DNA of 64,000 bases from Eledone cirrhosa (GCA_964016885.1 OZ024757.1:30814001-30878000), one strand, 5' to 3'. Counted from the first letter of the stretch, positions 1 through 11,959 are shown. Notes: generated from the letters alone by a model not told the origin. Made by a program: numbers and translations.

Positions 1-890
1 GTGTGAGAGAGAGAGAGCTAGAAATTGAGAGAGCTAGAGAGGGGGAAAATAGATAGCGAGAATGAGGGATATATATAGAGAGAACTAGAGAGTTTGAGGG
101 AGAGAGAGCTAGAGAGAAAGTTTGAAAGAGAGAGAGAGAGAGAGAGAGAGATAGTAGTAGTAGCAGCGAGGGAAATGTTGTATTTGAAATATTTTCCCAG
201 GGGAAGTAATTTATCACCACAATATTTTTATTTATTTAAAACACCTTTTTTTTTTGCTTTGGTTTTTATTTTTCCAATACTTCACAATGTTGTTGTTGTT
301 CTTGTTAAACACACACTCACACACGCACACACACACATATTTACATATACACATACATACATATATATATAGATACGTATTTACATATACACATATATAT
401 TTACATACATATACACATACATATTGACATATACACATACATATTGACATATACACATACATATTTACATATACACACTTATTTACATATACTCATACAT
501 ATATTCACATATACACACACAAGCATACAAGCATTCACACGCACACATACTTATATACACACACACATGGAAGATGGACGTTAAACGAAGATGATGATGA
601 TGATAATGATATTCACATACACATGCACACAAAAATCACTCCCAAACGTTAAGTATAAATTTATGGATGTATGTATGTGTGTATGTATATGTACAAATAT
701 ATATATATATGTGTATGTCTGGAACTAACTGTTGAAATGGCGCTAGAGCTCTGCCTCAGGTCCCGACTCATTATAATGCCAAAAAAAAATATATATATAT
801 ATATTTTTTATTTATTATTTAATTATATATATTTGTATATATAATTATAAATATTTCTATGGAAATACTAAACATATATTTTTTATTTTT

Positions 891-1254
891 TATGTCCGCT
901 TTTTCCCTGTTTGCAAGGGTGGGACGGGAACTGATTTTGGCTTGATTTCTACAGCTGGATGTCCTTCCTAACACCAACCTCATTTACAGTGAGTGCTGGG
1001 TGCTTTTTTGCCGTGGCGCCTACACGACCACTGTGCAATGTGGGCTGGGTGCTTTTTTGCAGTGGCACCTCCACGACCACTTTGCAGTGGAATGATAGGG
1101 ACCCCAGTCCCTATCATCTCATTTCTACAGCTGAGTAAACCGGAGCAATGTGAAATAAAGTGTCTTGCTCAAGGAAACAATGCATGACCCAGTCTGAGAA
1201 TTGAACTCACAACCGTTCGATTGCAAGGCCAATGCCACTAAGCCATGTGCCTCC
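891..1254 (-). mobile_element. tRNA-derived SINE with CORE-like domain and RTE-type tail
   Basis: Reverse complement of the SINE at 58212-58561: A box TGGCTTAGTGG, B box GTTCAATTC, CCTTGAGCAAGACACTTTATTTCAC central domain. Confidence 0.85.
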
Positions 1255-1552
1255 ATATATATATATAGTCTTCAAATTTATTATTATTACTATATATATA
1301 TATATGCTATTTCCAACTTCATCTTTTCTCTCTCTCTATATATATATATATAAATTTAAATAATTTTAAAAAAGCCATACAATTCATTAGAAAATTAAAG
1401 GTGCCAAGATAACGATAGAATTTTACCTTCGCAAATTTAATTATCCCAAATATTTTTTGGTTTAAAAACCCATTATTAAGGAAGTGTCCCTGTGATGGTC
1501 TTAAAGGACCGGTCGGAGATGAATTGTTGTTAGGATGGCAGATTTAATTTAA

Positions 1553-1589
<37 letters not shown>

Positions 1590-1597
<8 letters not shown>

Positions 1598-2170
1598 TAT
1601 AAAAGAGAGATAAACACAGATATATAGATATATACATATATGTGTTCAAATTGTAAGGGACATTCTCCTTGAATTTGTTGAGCTAATTTAAATGTTGAGT
1701 AAACTTGGCTGGTATTTTTAGTAGCATACGTTTTATGAGACATGCTAGATTCTGATACCATCTGCGTTATTTTATATACGCATACTATTCAGTCTTCTGA
1801 GATACTTAGAAGTGAAGGGTTTACTAATGTTACACCCACTGATGAGCAATAGAATTGGTAATTCCCTATCACTAAATTGCGAAACAGCATTACCAAAAGC
1901 TGTCTGGGTGTCAGACAGTTGTCGTAATTTTGGTTTGTATTTCTTTTCTTAATTTCTTTTAAATTGAGTCTGGCAAACCAATTGTTCATAGTTAGTATTT
2001 TTTTCACCCTCGCGAATCTGGTCCCTTACGATTTGAACACATATATGTATATATCTGTGTTTATCTCTCTTTTATATTCAATTATATTACACGGCTCGGA
2101 AAAATTTCTTTCCTTGAGCTATTTTATTGTAAGAGACTATTTTGAGTTTCTAACTCAATATATATCTTTG
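1590..2170 (+). mobile_element. Non-coding Penelope-like element (family A) with 5' inverted duplication
   Basis: 1590-1660 is an inverted copy of about 2021-2085; flanked by (TA)n; contains the HHR at 1832-1911. Confidence 0.65.
1832..1911 (+). ncRNA. Type I hammerhead ribozyme (family A)
   Basis: ACACCCA-CTGATGA-GCAAT..ATTGC-GAAA-CAGC..GCTG-TC-TGGGTGT: 7-bp stem I, 5-bp stem II, 4-bp stem III, GUC site (predicted cut after 1904). Confidence 0.9.
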
Positions 2171-2440
2171 ATATAAATATATATACATTTATATATCATG
2201 ATCAATCATCCTTCGGAAACGATTGTAAAACAATGATCTGATTAAGAACTAATCTTTGCCTTTATTTTCATCGTTCAATACATATTGTTCACACAGACAT
2301 ATATATATATTAACCCATAAATGGGGTCCTAACAGGTATTACTACTCTGGGCTAGAGCACAACTGGGAGTGATAACAACTAAGGGGTAACTTCATATTCC
2401 CCACAGCTCCTGAACTCCTGAACTGGAGCCTTGCCACTGA

Positions 2441-2616
2441 CAGCTGAGTTCTGGCCCTTTCGACTGCTAGTTCTGAACTAACCGGTTAGTTCGGAACTAG
2501 CTGTCGAAATGGCCGGAGCTCAGCCGTTGGGGTCCTGATTCTTTTCCTATTACCCAAAGTATCGAGTACTCTGGTGCGTTACGGTCCACCTGGTTCCTTA
2601 CCACACATTCTTCATT
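2441..2616 (+). mobile_element. Penelope-like element family J, 5'-truncated and inverted; carries the 3' half of an HHR
   Basis: Palindrome at about 2441-2525, then GAAA-TGGC..GCCG-TT-GGGG and a tail shared with 11677-11826, 33695-33770 and 44263-44390. Confidence 0.6.
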
Positions 2617-2802
2617 ATATATATATATATACATATATATATATCGTTTCTGAATTTGTTTAGCAAGATTCTTTATCTGAAAATGTGTGTTGAAACCAAT
2701 ATTGTTATACTTTGGGAGGGTCATGTTGCCAATATTTTTCAAAAAACAAGATGGGGTAGGACAGAACAAAGGAGAGGCACAAAACAAAGAAAAGAATCCA
2801 CA

Positions 2803-2845
2803 GTCACTGAAGAGGTCACATAATGTGTGACGAAAGAACTTTGAC
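2803..2845 (+). ncRNA. Minimal type I hammerhead ribozyme (family B), in an element of about 2645-3000
   Basis: GTCA-CTGAAGA-g-GTCACA taatg TGTGAC-GAAA-gaac-TT-TGAC. The element has an inverted repeat, about 2699-2734 vs 2965-3000. Confidence 0.7.
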
Positions 2846-3052
2846 AATATATGAACAACCGTCTGGTTGTGGAACCAACCAACCAACCGGAAATGATAAA
2901 TTCTTAAATTTATAAATTTAATTTATAATAAATTGGAGTGAAAGCAACTGGTGCGTGTGTTTCTTATTGGCAACATGACCCTCCCAAAGTATAACAATAT
3001 ATATATATATATATATAATATAAGATCAAAAGATGGTTAAAGGAGTTCCATG

Positions 3053-3123
3053 TATTTTATTATGCGCATTTCAAAAACAAACATCATCATGCAATAATAT
3101 TTGTGTTTTCATCAGATAAAACA
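3053..3123 (-). ncRNA. Hammerhead ribozyme (family C, inverted arm)
   Basis: Reverse complement of 3240-3310. Confidence 0.8.
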
Positions 3124-3239
3124 GGAGAACATGATATGAAGGCTAAAAAACACTTGTGGATAGTGCAGTTTTAAATCAACATATTGATTTAAAACTGCAC
3201 TATCCACAAGTGTTTTTTAGCCTTCATATCATGTTCTCC

Positions 3240-3310
3240 TGTTTTATCTGATGAAAACACAAATATTATTGCATGATGATGTTTGTTTTTGAAATGCGCA
3301 TAATAAAATA
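3240..3310 (+). ncRNA. Hammerhead ribozyme (family C)
   Basis: TGTTTTAT-CTGATGA-long AU/GU stem II-GAAA-TGCGCA (palindromic stem III)-TA-ATAAAATA. Confidence 0.8.
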
Positions 3311-3436
3311 CATGGAACTCCTTTAACCATCTTTTGATCTTATATTATGTATACTCCAGTCCTACAAACTGTAGAGTGCTTCTTATCCGATATCTGCATT
3401 GCTTTATTGTACTACAATAAAACTCACCTCCTACAT

Positions 3437-3467
<31 letters not shown>

Positions 3468-3486
3468 TTACATAGTTGTTTCGTAT

Positions 3487-3777
3487 GTAATGTTTTACCC
3501 AATATATTTCAACATGATATTTCAAGACTATTACCCTCTTTTCAAATGTGAAATGGAAACATTTCAGAACTAAAATGAACAATCAATGTGTTATTCCCTA
3601 ACTGATCTGTGTGTTTGAAATATGGGTGTATGTATCCGTTATTGGCTACACACATATTTCAGACATGTAGACCAGTTAGAGATGAATACGTTGATTGTTC
3701 ATTCTTGTTTTGAATTGTTTCCATTTTCCATTTGAAAAGAGGGTGTTTGCCCTGAAATATATTGGGTAAAACATTAC
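3487..3777. repeat. Degenerate foldback palindrome with about 140-bp arms (MITE-like)
   Basis: GTAATGTTTTACCCAATATATTTCA...TGAAATATATTGGGTAAAACATTAC, with internally paired segments; no HHR core seen. Confidence 0.7.
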
Positions 3778-3896
3778 TTTGTTTTATTTTATTTGTCATC
3801 CTTTGTCCTTTATATATTTCTACTACATTGTACTGGTTCTTTGAAACATCACACACACAGATTATGAAAGCCACCACATTTATTTTAATGTCCTCC

Positions 3897-3903
3897 TGTG
3901 TGT

Positions 3904-3982
<79 letters not shown>

Positions 3983-4495
3983 TATGTATATGTATATATA
4001 TATATATATGTACATATGTATATGTATATATATACATATGTACATATGTATATATGTACATATGTATATGTACATATATGTATGCATATATATATCTATA
4101 TATGTACATATATGTATGCATATATATATATATGTACATATATGTATGTATATATATGTATGTATATGTACATATATATGTATATATATGTACATATATG
4201 TATGTATATATATATATATGTATGTATATATATACATATATGTATGTATATATGAATATATGTATATGTATACATATAAATATATAGATGTGTGTGTATG
4301 TATATATTTGTATACAGATATATATATAAATATGTCTGTGTTTATCTCTATATATAAACATATATATATAAATATATTCACGTGTATATATATATATATA
4401 TATATATATATGAGTGAGTGTGTTTTCTACATGTATGACTCTGTGTGTATGTGTCTATGTATGGGTGTATGTGTCTATGTATGTGTGTATGTGTG
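3897..4495. repeat. (TA)n/(TATG)n microsatellite; one of many such tracts (e.g. 12635-13590, 24210-24610, 61740-62150)
   Basis: Directly visible dinucleotide periodicity. Confidence 0.95.
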
Positions 4496-4629
4496 ATCAA
4501 CCTGAAACCAACTGATGTTCAGACATCAAATTTACGAAAGTTTTTCTTTGATCACTTTCAAACATGGTTTAGGATTAATGGTGCACTTAATGTAGAGATG
4601 TAGCTATTGATCAGATTTAAACACTCCAT

Positions 4630-5200
4630 ACCATCCAAACAACCACTCAACTAACCTCCCAAACCATTCATCACTCTACTCCATCTAACCAACCACACCA
4701 ATCAACCAAGTAACTACATCAACTAACCACCAGGCGAACCACCGAACCACTTAACTAACCAATCTACCATCCAGTCACTCAACCACTAGGCCAACCACAC
4801 ACAACCATCTAACTAACCATTCTACCGTCCAGCCACTCAATCACCTCAACCACCCAACCACTTAACTAACCAATCTACCATCCAGTCACTCAACCACTAG
4901 GGCCAACCACACACAACCATCTAACTAACCATTCTACCGTCCAGCCACTCAATCACCTCAACCACCCAACCACTTAACTAACCATTCTACCATCCAATTA
5001 CTCAACCAACCAACCAACCAATCACCTGAACCACCCAACCACTTAACTAACCATTCTACCATCCAGCCACTCAACCACCAGGCCAACCTTCCAACCAACC
5101 ACTGTCCAGCCACTCAACCACCTCAACCATCAGGCCAACCACACTACCACATAACTAACCATTCTACCATCCAACCAACCATTCAACTAACCACTTCAAT
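4630..5200. repeat. (AACC)-rich degenerate minisatellite
   Basis: Recurring CCACTTAACTAACCATTCTACCATCCAGCCACTCAA units. Confidence 0.8.
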
Positions 5201-5289
5201 CACCAGATGATAATGATGGTATGCACGTGTGTTTTAGAATACAGTGGTGTTTGAAAATTATCAAAATAGAATTAGCTTTTACTGCAGAG

Positions 5290-6477
5290 TGGTCGTGGAG
5301 GTGTCATGACAAAAATAAAAAAAGCACCCAGTCCTCACTGTAAAGTGGTTGTGTAGGCGTCACGGTAAAAAAGCACCCAGTCTTCACTGTAAAGTGGTTG
5401 TGTAGGCGTCACGGTAAAAAAGCACCCAGTCCTCACTGTAAAGTGGTTGTGTAGGCGTCACGGTAAAAAAGCACCCAGTCTTCACTGTAAAGTGGTTGTG
5501 TAGGTGTCGCGGTAAAAAAAGCAGCCAGTCCTCACTGTAAAGTGGTTGTGTAGGCGTCACGGTAAAAAAAGCACCCAGTCTTCACTGTAAAGTGGTTGTG
5601 TAGGTGTCACGGTAAAAAAAGCACCCAGTCCTCACTGTAAAGTGGTTGTGTAGGCGTCACGGTAAAAAAAGCACCCAGTCTTCACTGTAAAGTGGTTGTG
5701 TAGGCGTCACGGTAAAAAAAGCACCCAGTCTTCACTGTAAAGTGGTTGTGTAGGTGTCACGGTAAAAAAAGCACCCAGTCCTCACTGTAAAGTGGTTGTG
5801 TAGGTGTCACGGTAAAAAAAGCACCCAGTCTTCACTGTAAAGTGGTTGTGTAGGCGTCACGGTAAAAAAGCACCCAGTCTTCACTGTAAAGTGGTTGTGT
5901 AGGTGTCACGGTAAAAAAAGCACCCAGTCTTCACTGTAAAGTGGTTGTGTAGGCGTCACGGTAAAAAAAGCACCCAGTCTTCACTGTAAAGTGGTTGTGT
6001 AGGTGTCACGGTAAAAAAAGCACCCAGTCCTCACTGTAAAGTGGTTGTGTAGGTGTCACGGTAAAAAAAGCACCCAGTCTTCACTGTAAAGTGGTTGTGT
6101 AGGCGTCACGGTAAAAAAGCACCCAGTCTTCACTGTAAAGTGGTTGTGTAGGTGTCACGGTAAAAAAAGCACCCAGTCTTCACTGTAAAGTGGTTGTGTA
6201 GGTGTCACGGTAAAAAAGCACCCAGTCTTCACTGTAAAGTGGTTGTGTAGGTGTCACGGTAAAAAAAGCACCCAGTCTTCACTGTAAAGTGGTTGTGTAG
6301 GCGTCACGGTAAAAAAAGCACCCAGTCCTCACTGTAAAGTGGTTGTGTAGGCGTCACGGTAAAAAAAGCACCCAGTCTTCACTGTAAAGTGGTTGTGTAG
6401 GCGTCACGGTAAAAAAAGCACCCAGTCGTCACTGTAAAGTGGTTGTGTAGGCGTCACGGTAAAGAAAGCACCCAGTA
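5290..6477 (+). repeat. 49/50-bp tandem array (about 23 copies) derived from a SINE internal segment
   Basis: Unit CACTGTAAAGTGGTTGTGTAGGYGTCACGGTA(6-7)GCACCCAGTCYT; homologous to the SINE segments at 43941-44035 and 58385-58442. Confidence 0.92.
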
Positions 6478-6539
6478 CTTACTTATATTTAAGTATATTC
6501 AGAAATATCTGTAATCTTTACAATCTTTCAATCAATATT

Positions 6540-7060
6540 ACACCTGACACTTCACTCAAGCACTCTTACTCAAGATATCTCTTAACATACATTTTTTTTA
6601 ACATCTCACTCAACCCAGTTTTCACTTGACACTTTCCTCTCAAATACTTTCACTCAATATTTCACTCAACCACTTCACTCACTCAACACTTTCTCTAATA
6701 CTTTCACTTGATACTTCACTCAAACATTTTCACTCGACACTTCATTCAACACTTCCCTCAACATTTCACTCAGACATTTTCACTCGACATTTCCCCTCAA
6801 TACTTCATTCAGCACTTCACTCGACACTTCACTCAATACTTCCCTCAGCACTTCACTCGACACTTCCCTCAGCACTTCTCTTGACACTTCATGCAGCACT
6901 TCACTTGAAACTTCATTCAGCACTTCACTCAGACATTTTCACTCACCTCTTCATTCAACACTTCACTCGGCACTTCACGCGATACTTCCCTCAACATTTT
7001 CCCTCAACACTTCATTTGACACTTCATTCAGCACTTCACTCAACACTTCACTGCACTCGA
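6540..7060. repeat. About 12-bp CACTTCACTCAA degenerate minisatellite
   Basis: Visible periodicity. Confidence 0.8.
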
Positions 7061-7324
7061 CAATGTCTTTCAACATGTTCAATCTTCATTAGCGGCCATT
7101 GTTTTTACAATTCTCTCCCCCCCCCCGTTAATTCACTTTTGATTCGTCAGCTCTACTAATTAAAAAACAACAACAATAACAAACAAAACAATAGAGATGG
7201 AAAAACAATAGAAAAATCTACAAAAAAAGACATTTTTCTAATCAAATAATTGTGTGTTTGTTTGTTTGTGTTTATTTGTGTGTTTATTTAGCAACATGTT
7301 TAAACAAACAGCTTTGTGTTCTAA

Positions 7325-8621
7325 CACCAACCAACACCACCACTACACCACCACCACCTTTACACCACCATTAGACCAACACCACCACCACCACCACCAC
7401 CACCACTACACCATCATTAGACCACCACCACCACCTTTACACCACCATTAGACCAACACCACCACTACACCACTACCTCCACTACCACTACACCACCACC
7501 ATTAGACCACCACCACCTTTACACCACCACTAATACTACTACCACCACTGCCACCACCACCATTTCCTCCATTATATCAACCACCGCACATCTCGACAAC
7601 CACCACAACACACCACCACCACTACTATACACCACCACACCACCACCACCACAACACACCACCACCACACATCACCACAACACACCGCCACCACCACCAT
7701 GACCACCGCCACCGCCACCATGACCACCACCACCACTATTTCCTCCATTATATCAACCACCACACATACCACCACCACCACCACCACCACACATCACCAC
7801 TACCACAACCACCATCATGACCACCACCACTATGATTAGATCTGCTAACCACCACCACAACACATCACCACAACAGACCACAACCACCACCACCACAACA
7901 CACATCACCACAACACACCACCACCACTCCCAACACATGACCACCGCCACCACCTCCATTATATCAACCACCACACATACCATCACCACCACCACACATC
8001 ACCACCATGACCACCACCACCACTACCGCCACCACCACCTCAATGATTAGATCTGCTAATTAACCATTAATCAGTGTTTTTTTGACAGTGCCACTGTTAG
8101 AAACATCACTGTCATTGTCACTAGCGGTGATCTTTCTCATCATCACCATTGACAACATCACCATCATCATCATCACCATCATCATCACCATCACAATCAC
8201 CATCATCACCATCACCATCACCATCATCATCACCATCATCACCATCACCATCACCACCATCATCATCACTACCATCACTATCATCACTATCATCACTACC
8301 ATCACTATCATCACCACTGTCATCATCATCACCATCATCATCATCACTACCATCACTATCATCACCACCATCATCATCACTACCATCATTATCACTACCA
8401 TCGCTATCATCACCACCATCACTACCATCATTATCACTACCATCACTACCATCACCATCATCACCATTGTCATCATCACCATCGTCAACACCATCTTCAT
8501 CATCACCTCTATCACTATCATCACCTCTATCATCACTTCTATCACTATCATCACCATCATCATCACTATCATCATCATCACCATTGTCAACACCATCATC
8601 ATCATCACCACCATCATCATC
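7325..8621. repeat. (CAC)n followed by (CAT)n trinucleotide low-complexity tracts
   Basis: Visible; produces spurious poly-H/T/D ORFs. Confidence 0.9.
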
Positions 8622-8639
8622 GTTAAAAAAGCTGTTTAG

Positions 8640-9620
8640 TGATATCACGTAGACCCGTCCAACCCATGCTAGCAGAGAAAGCAGACCTTAAAACAGCGAT
8701 GATGTTGCACCGTAACAACAACAATAATGATATCAACACTCGGTAGATCATCGACTGTACGTAAAGTGAGACACAGATCCCTGGCCTGCTTGTGAGATCA
8801 GTGGCTCTGCTTGAGGCTTCAGTACTATGTAGACCTATCAAACCCTTGCTAACAGGGAAAGAGGACCTTAAAACAACGATGATGTTGCACCGTAACAACA
8901 GCAATAATGATATCAACACTCGGTAGATCATCGACTGTACGTAAAGTGAGACACAGATCCCTGGCTTGCTTGTGAGATCAGTGGCTCTGCTTGAGGCTTC
9001 AGTACTATGTAGACCCATCAAACCCTTGCTAACAGGGAAAGAGGACCTTAAAACAGCGATGATGTTGAGCAATAACAACAACAGTGATAATTGTTTCTAA
9101 TTTTGGCACAAGGCCAGCAATTAATCCAGTGTATTACTGGTACTTTATTTTATCGACCCCGTAAGAATGAAAGGTAAAGTTGACCTAGTCGGGATTTGAA
9201 CTCAGGCCGTAAAGGGGCGTAACTCTATGCTGCAAAGCATGGCGTCCGACTCTCTACTGATACTGCCAATCCGATATCAACACTCGGTAGAGCGTTGACT
9301 GTACATAAAGCGAGACAGATCTTTTGCCTGCTTGGGAGATCAGTAGCTCTGCTTCAGTACTCACTTGGTCATGTAGACCCGTCCAACCCATGCTAGCAGG
9401 GGAAAGAGGACCTTAAAACGACGATGTTGAAGAATAGCAGCAACAATAATGATTATAAGACTTGGTAGAGCCTGGAATTTACATAAAGTGAGAGACAGAT
9501 CCCTGGGCTGCTTGCGAGATTAGTGGCTTTACTTTGCTTCAATACCAACTTGGACTATGTAGACCTGTCCAACCCTCGCTAGCAGAGAAAACAGATGTTA
9601 AAACGATGCTGATGATGAAC
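8640..9620 (+). repeat. About 180-bp degenerate tandem units containing RTE/SINE-type 3' tails, interrupted by a SINE at 9088-9272
   Basis: 8700-8879 nearly equals 8880-9059; each unit has GACCCGTCCAACCCATGCTAGC...GATGATG-like tails. Confidence 0.75.
9088..9272 (-). mobile_element. tRNA-derived SINE with Nin/Deu-like central domain
   Basis: The minus strand has TGGCAGTATCAGTAGAG (A-box-like), GAGTTCAAATCC (B box) and TTTCATTCTTACGGGGTCGATAAAATAAAGTACCAG. Family copies at 15835-15945, 42604-43150, 49178-49298, 50725-50800 and 57658-57850. Confidence 0.75.
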
Positions 9621-10371
9621 AATAGCAGCAATAATAACAACAACAATAACTGCAACAGTATTAATATCAACGTCCATCTAAAAGTGTGCACTGTGCACTA
9701 CCGAGAAATGTTACTGCCACCAGGTTAACACTTTCTCTTTGAAGTTTGAAAGAACTCCCCTCCTCTCCCCTATCCAATGAAACATCGTTGTCTGTTGTTC
9801 TCTAATTCTTGACACCCACGATGTACATACAAACATTAATGATTACAGTAATTAATTAATTAATTACTTGATAAATTATTTAATAAATTGATAAAAATAA
9901 TAATAATAATTGTTTCTACTTTAGGCACAAGGCCAGCAATTACCCAGTATAATAATGATGATGATAATAATAATGTTTATAATAATGATGATAATGATGA
10001 TGATGATTATAATAATGATGATGATAATTGGGGTGTTCATAATGATGATGATGATAATGATGTTTATGATGATACAAATCATAATTAAAACCAAGCAAAA
10101 ATTAAGAATGTGCTTGTATAATGCACATACATACATACATAGACACACACACACAGACACACACAGACACGCACATCACACACACATATATAGACACACA
10201 CAAACACACACACGTATGTATATATCTATCAGTGTATCAATCCATCTATCAGCCCTCTGTCTACTCCCGCTCACGCACACATGGATATACACCCCACATA
10301 CACGTGTGTGTGTACATATATTTATATATATATCATCAAGAAAAGAGAGTTTTATGTATATATATATATAC

Positions 10372-11447
10372 CATCATCATCATCATCATCGTTTAACGTC
10401 CATGTTCCACGCTTGCATGGGTTTGGACGGGAGTTTTCCCACTTGAGGCAAGAGTGGTTGTCTTGCTCGCATAGGACTGTCTGGCGGGTTTTCTACAGCT
10501 GGATGCCCTTCCTAACACCAACCACATTTACAGTGTGGGACTGGGAGGTTTTACCGTGTTACCTACACGGCCACATTACAGCGTGGACTGTCTGGCGGGT
10601 TTTCTACAGCTGGATGCCCTTCCTAACACCAACCACATTTACAGTGTGGGACTGGGAGGTTTTACCGTGTTACCTACACGGCCACATTACAGCGTGGACT
10701 GTCTGGCGGGTTTTCTACAGCTGGATGCCCTTCCTAACACCAACCACATTTACAGTGTGGGACTGGGAGGTTTTTACCGTGTTACCTACACGGCCACATT
10801 ACAGCGTGGACTGTCTGGCGGGTTTTCTACAGCTGGATGCCCTTCCTAACACCAACCACATTTACAGTGTGGGACTGGGAGGTTTTACCGTGTTACCTAC
10901 ACGGCCACATTACAGCGTGGACTGTCTGGCGGGTTTTCTACAGCTGGATGCCCTTCCTAATACCAACCACATTTACAGTGTGGGGCTGGGAGGTTTTACC
11001 GTGTTACCTACACGGCCACATTACAGCGTGGACTGTCTGGCGGGTTTTCTACAGCTGGATGCCCTTCCTAATACCAACCACATTTACAGTGTGGGACTGG
11101 GAGGTTTTTACCGTGTTGCCTACACGGCCACATTACAGCGTGGACTGTCTGGCGGGTTTTCTACAGCTGGATGCCCTTCCTAATACCAACCACATTTACA
11201 GTGTGGGACTGGGAGGTTTTTACCGTGTTACCTACACGGCCACATTACAGCGTGGACTGTGTGTTTTTTTTGTCGTGACACCTACACGATCTCATTTGTT
11301 TCGGCCTGGATGTTGTGGCACCAACATAACTTTACATTGAAGGGGCGGTGTGGATGGGGTGGAGGTGGTGGGACGGGGGAGTATTTTGTTAGAGATGCCT
11401 ACTGACTGTAGTAGGTTTTACTTTGTATTTATGTAAGGCGGGTCTTA
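10372..11447 (-). mobile_element. Non-autonomous retroelement/SINE with (GAT)n tail and an internal 7x 111/112-bp tandem expansion (10474-11260)
   Basis: Unit starts at 10474, 10585, 10696, 10808, 10919, 11030 and 11142; single-unit copies at 22041-22345 and 22576-23095. Confidence 0.85.
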
Positions 11448-11498
11448 TATATATGCTTATCTCTCTCTCTCTCTATATATATATATACATATATATAT

Positions 11499-11655
11499 CA
11501 CTACCTTGATTAAATCTTAACCATTTAACATCTCAGGGTATGTCATGTATCATTATATTTTGTCTGATGAGGACGTACTGTTGTACATCCGAAATATGTA
11601 TAATAAAATGTAATTGATCAAAAGAACATCTATTTTATTAATACTTATATTTTAA
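11499..11655 (+). mobile_element. About 155-bp HHR-bearing mini-element (family D) in (TA)n
   Basis: Near-identical to 45370-45525, with the same ends. Confidence 0.8.
11552..11614 (+). ncRNA. Type I hammerhead ribozyme (family D)
   Basis: ATTATATTTTGT-CTGATGA-GGAcGTAC tgtt GTACaTCC-GAAA-TATGTA-TA-ATAAAATGTAAT; 12-bp stem I with G-U pairs. Confidence 0.85.
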
Positions 11656-11676
11656 TATATATATATATATAGAAGT

Positions 11677-11826
11677 ATAGGAGAAAGTATGACCCCGACG
11701 TCGAAACGGCTTGAGCTCTGCCGTCGGGGTCATACTTTTTCCTATTACCCACTCTACTACCCTAAGTATTGAGTACTCTGGTGCGTTATGGTCCATCTGG
11801 TTCCTTACCACAACTCCTCTGTTATA
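11677..11826 (+). mobile_element. Penelope-like element family J with HHR 3' half and short 5' inversion
   Basis: GAAA-CGGC ttgagctct GCCG-TC-GGGG, preceded by the inverted segment ATAGGAGAAAGTATGACCCCGACG. Confidence 0.65.
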
Positions 11827-11918
11827 TATATATATATATACACACACATATTTATATGCATATCTCTCTCCCTCCCTCCAACTCTCTCTCCCCCTCTCTC
11901 TCTCTTTATATATATGCA

Positions 11919-11959
<41 letters not shown>

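Larger units (their letters stand above)
3015..3436 (+). mobile_element. Penelope-like element family C: 165-bp perfect inverted arms plus 3' tail, in (TA)n
   Basis: Arms 3015-3179 and 3184-3348 with a 4-nt loop; near-identical copy at 56140-56625. Confidence 0.8.

Noticed and set aside
1485-1520. Possible HHR relic TCC-CTGTGA-TGGTC..GACC-GGTC-GGA
   Set aside because: The core lacks one A and the entire GAAA; not counted.
1660-1800. GIY-YIG-like peptide (RRWYQN) on the minus strand
   Set aside because: Too short, interrupted by stops, and opposite to the HHR orientation; not supportable.
5290-6477. CRISPR-like regular array
   Set aside because: Units are contiguous with no unique spacers, derive from a SINE, and the context is eukaryotic. 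The same applies to the arrays at 10474, 27533 and 52219.
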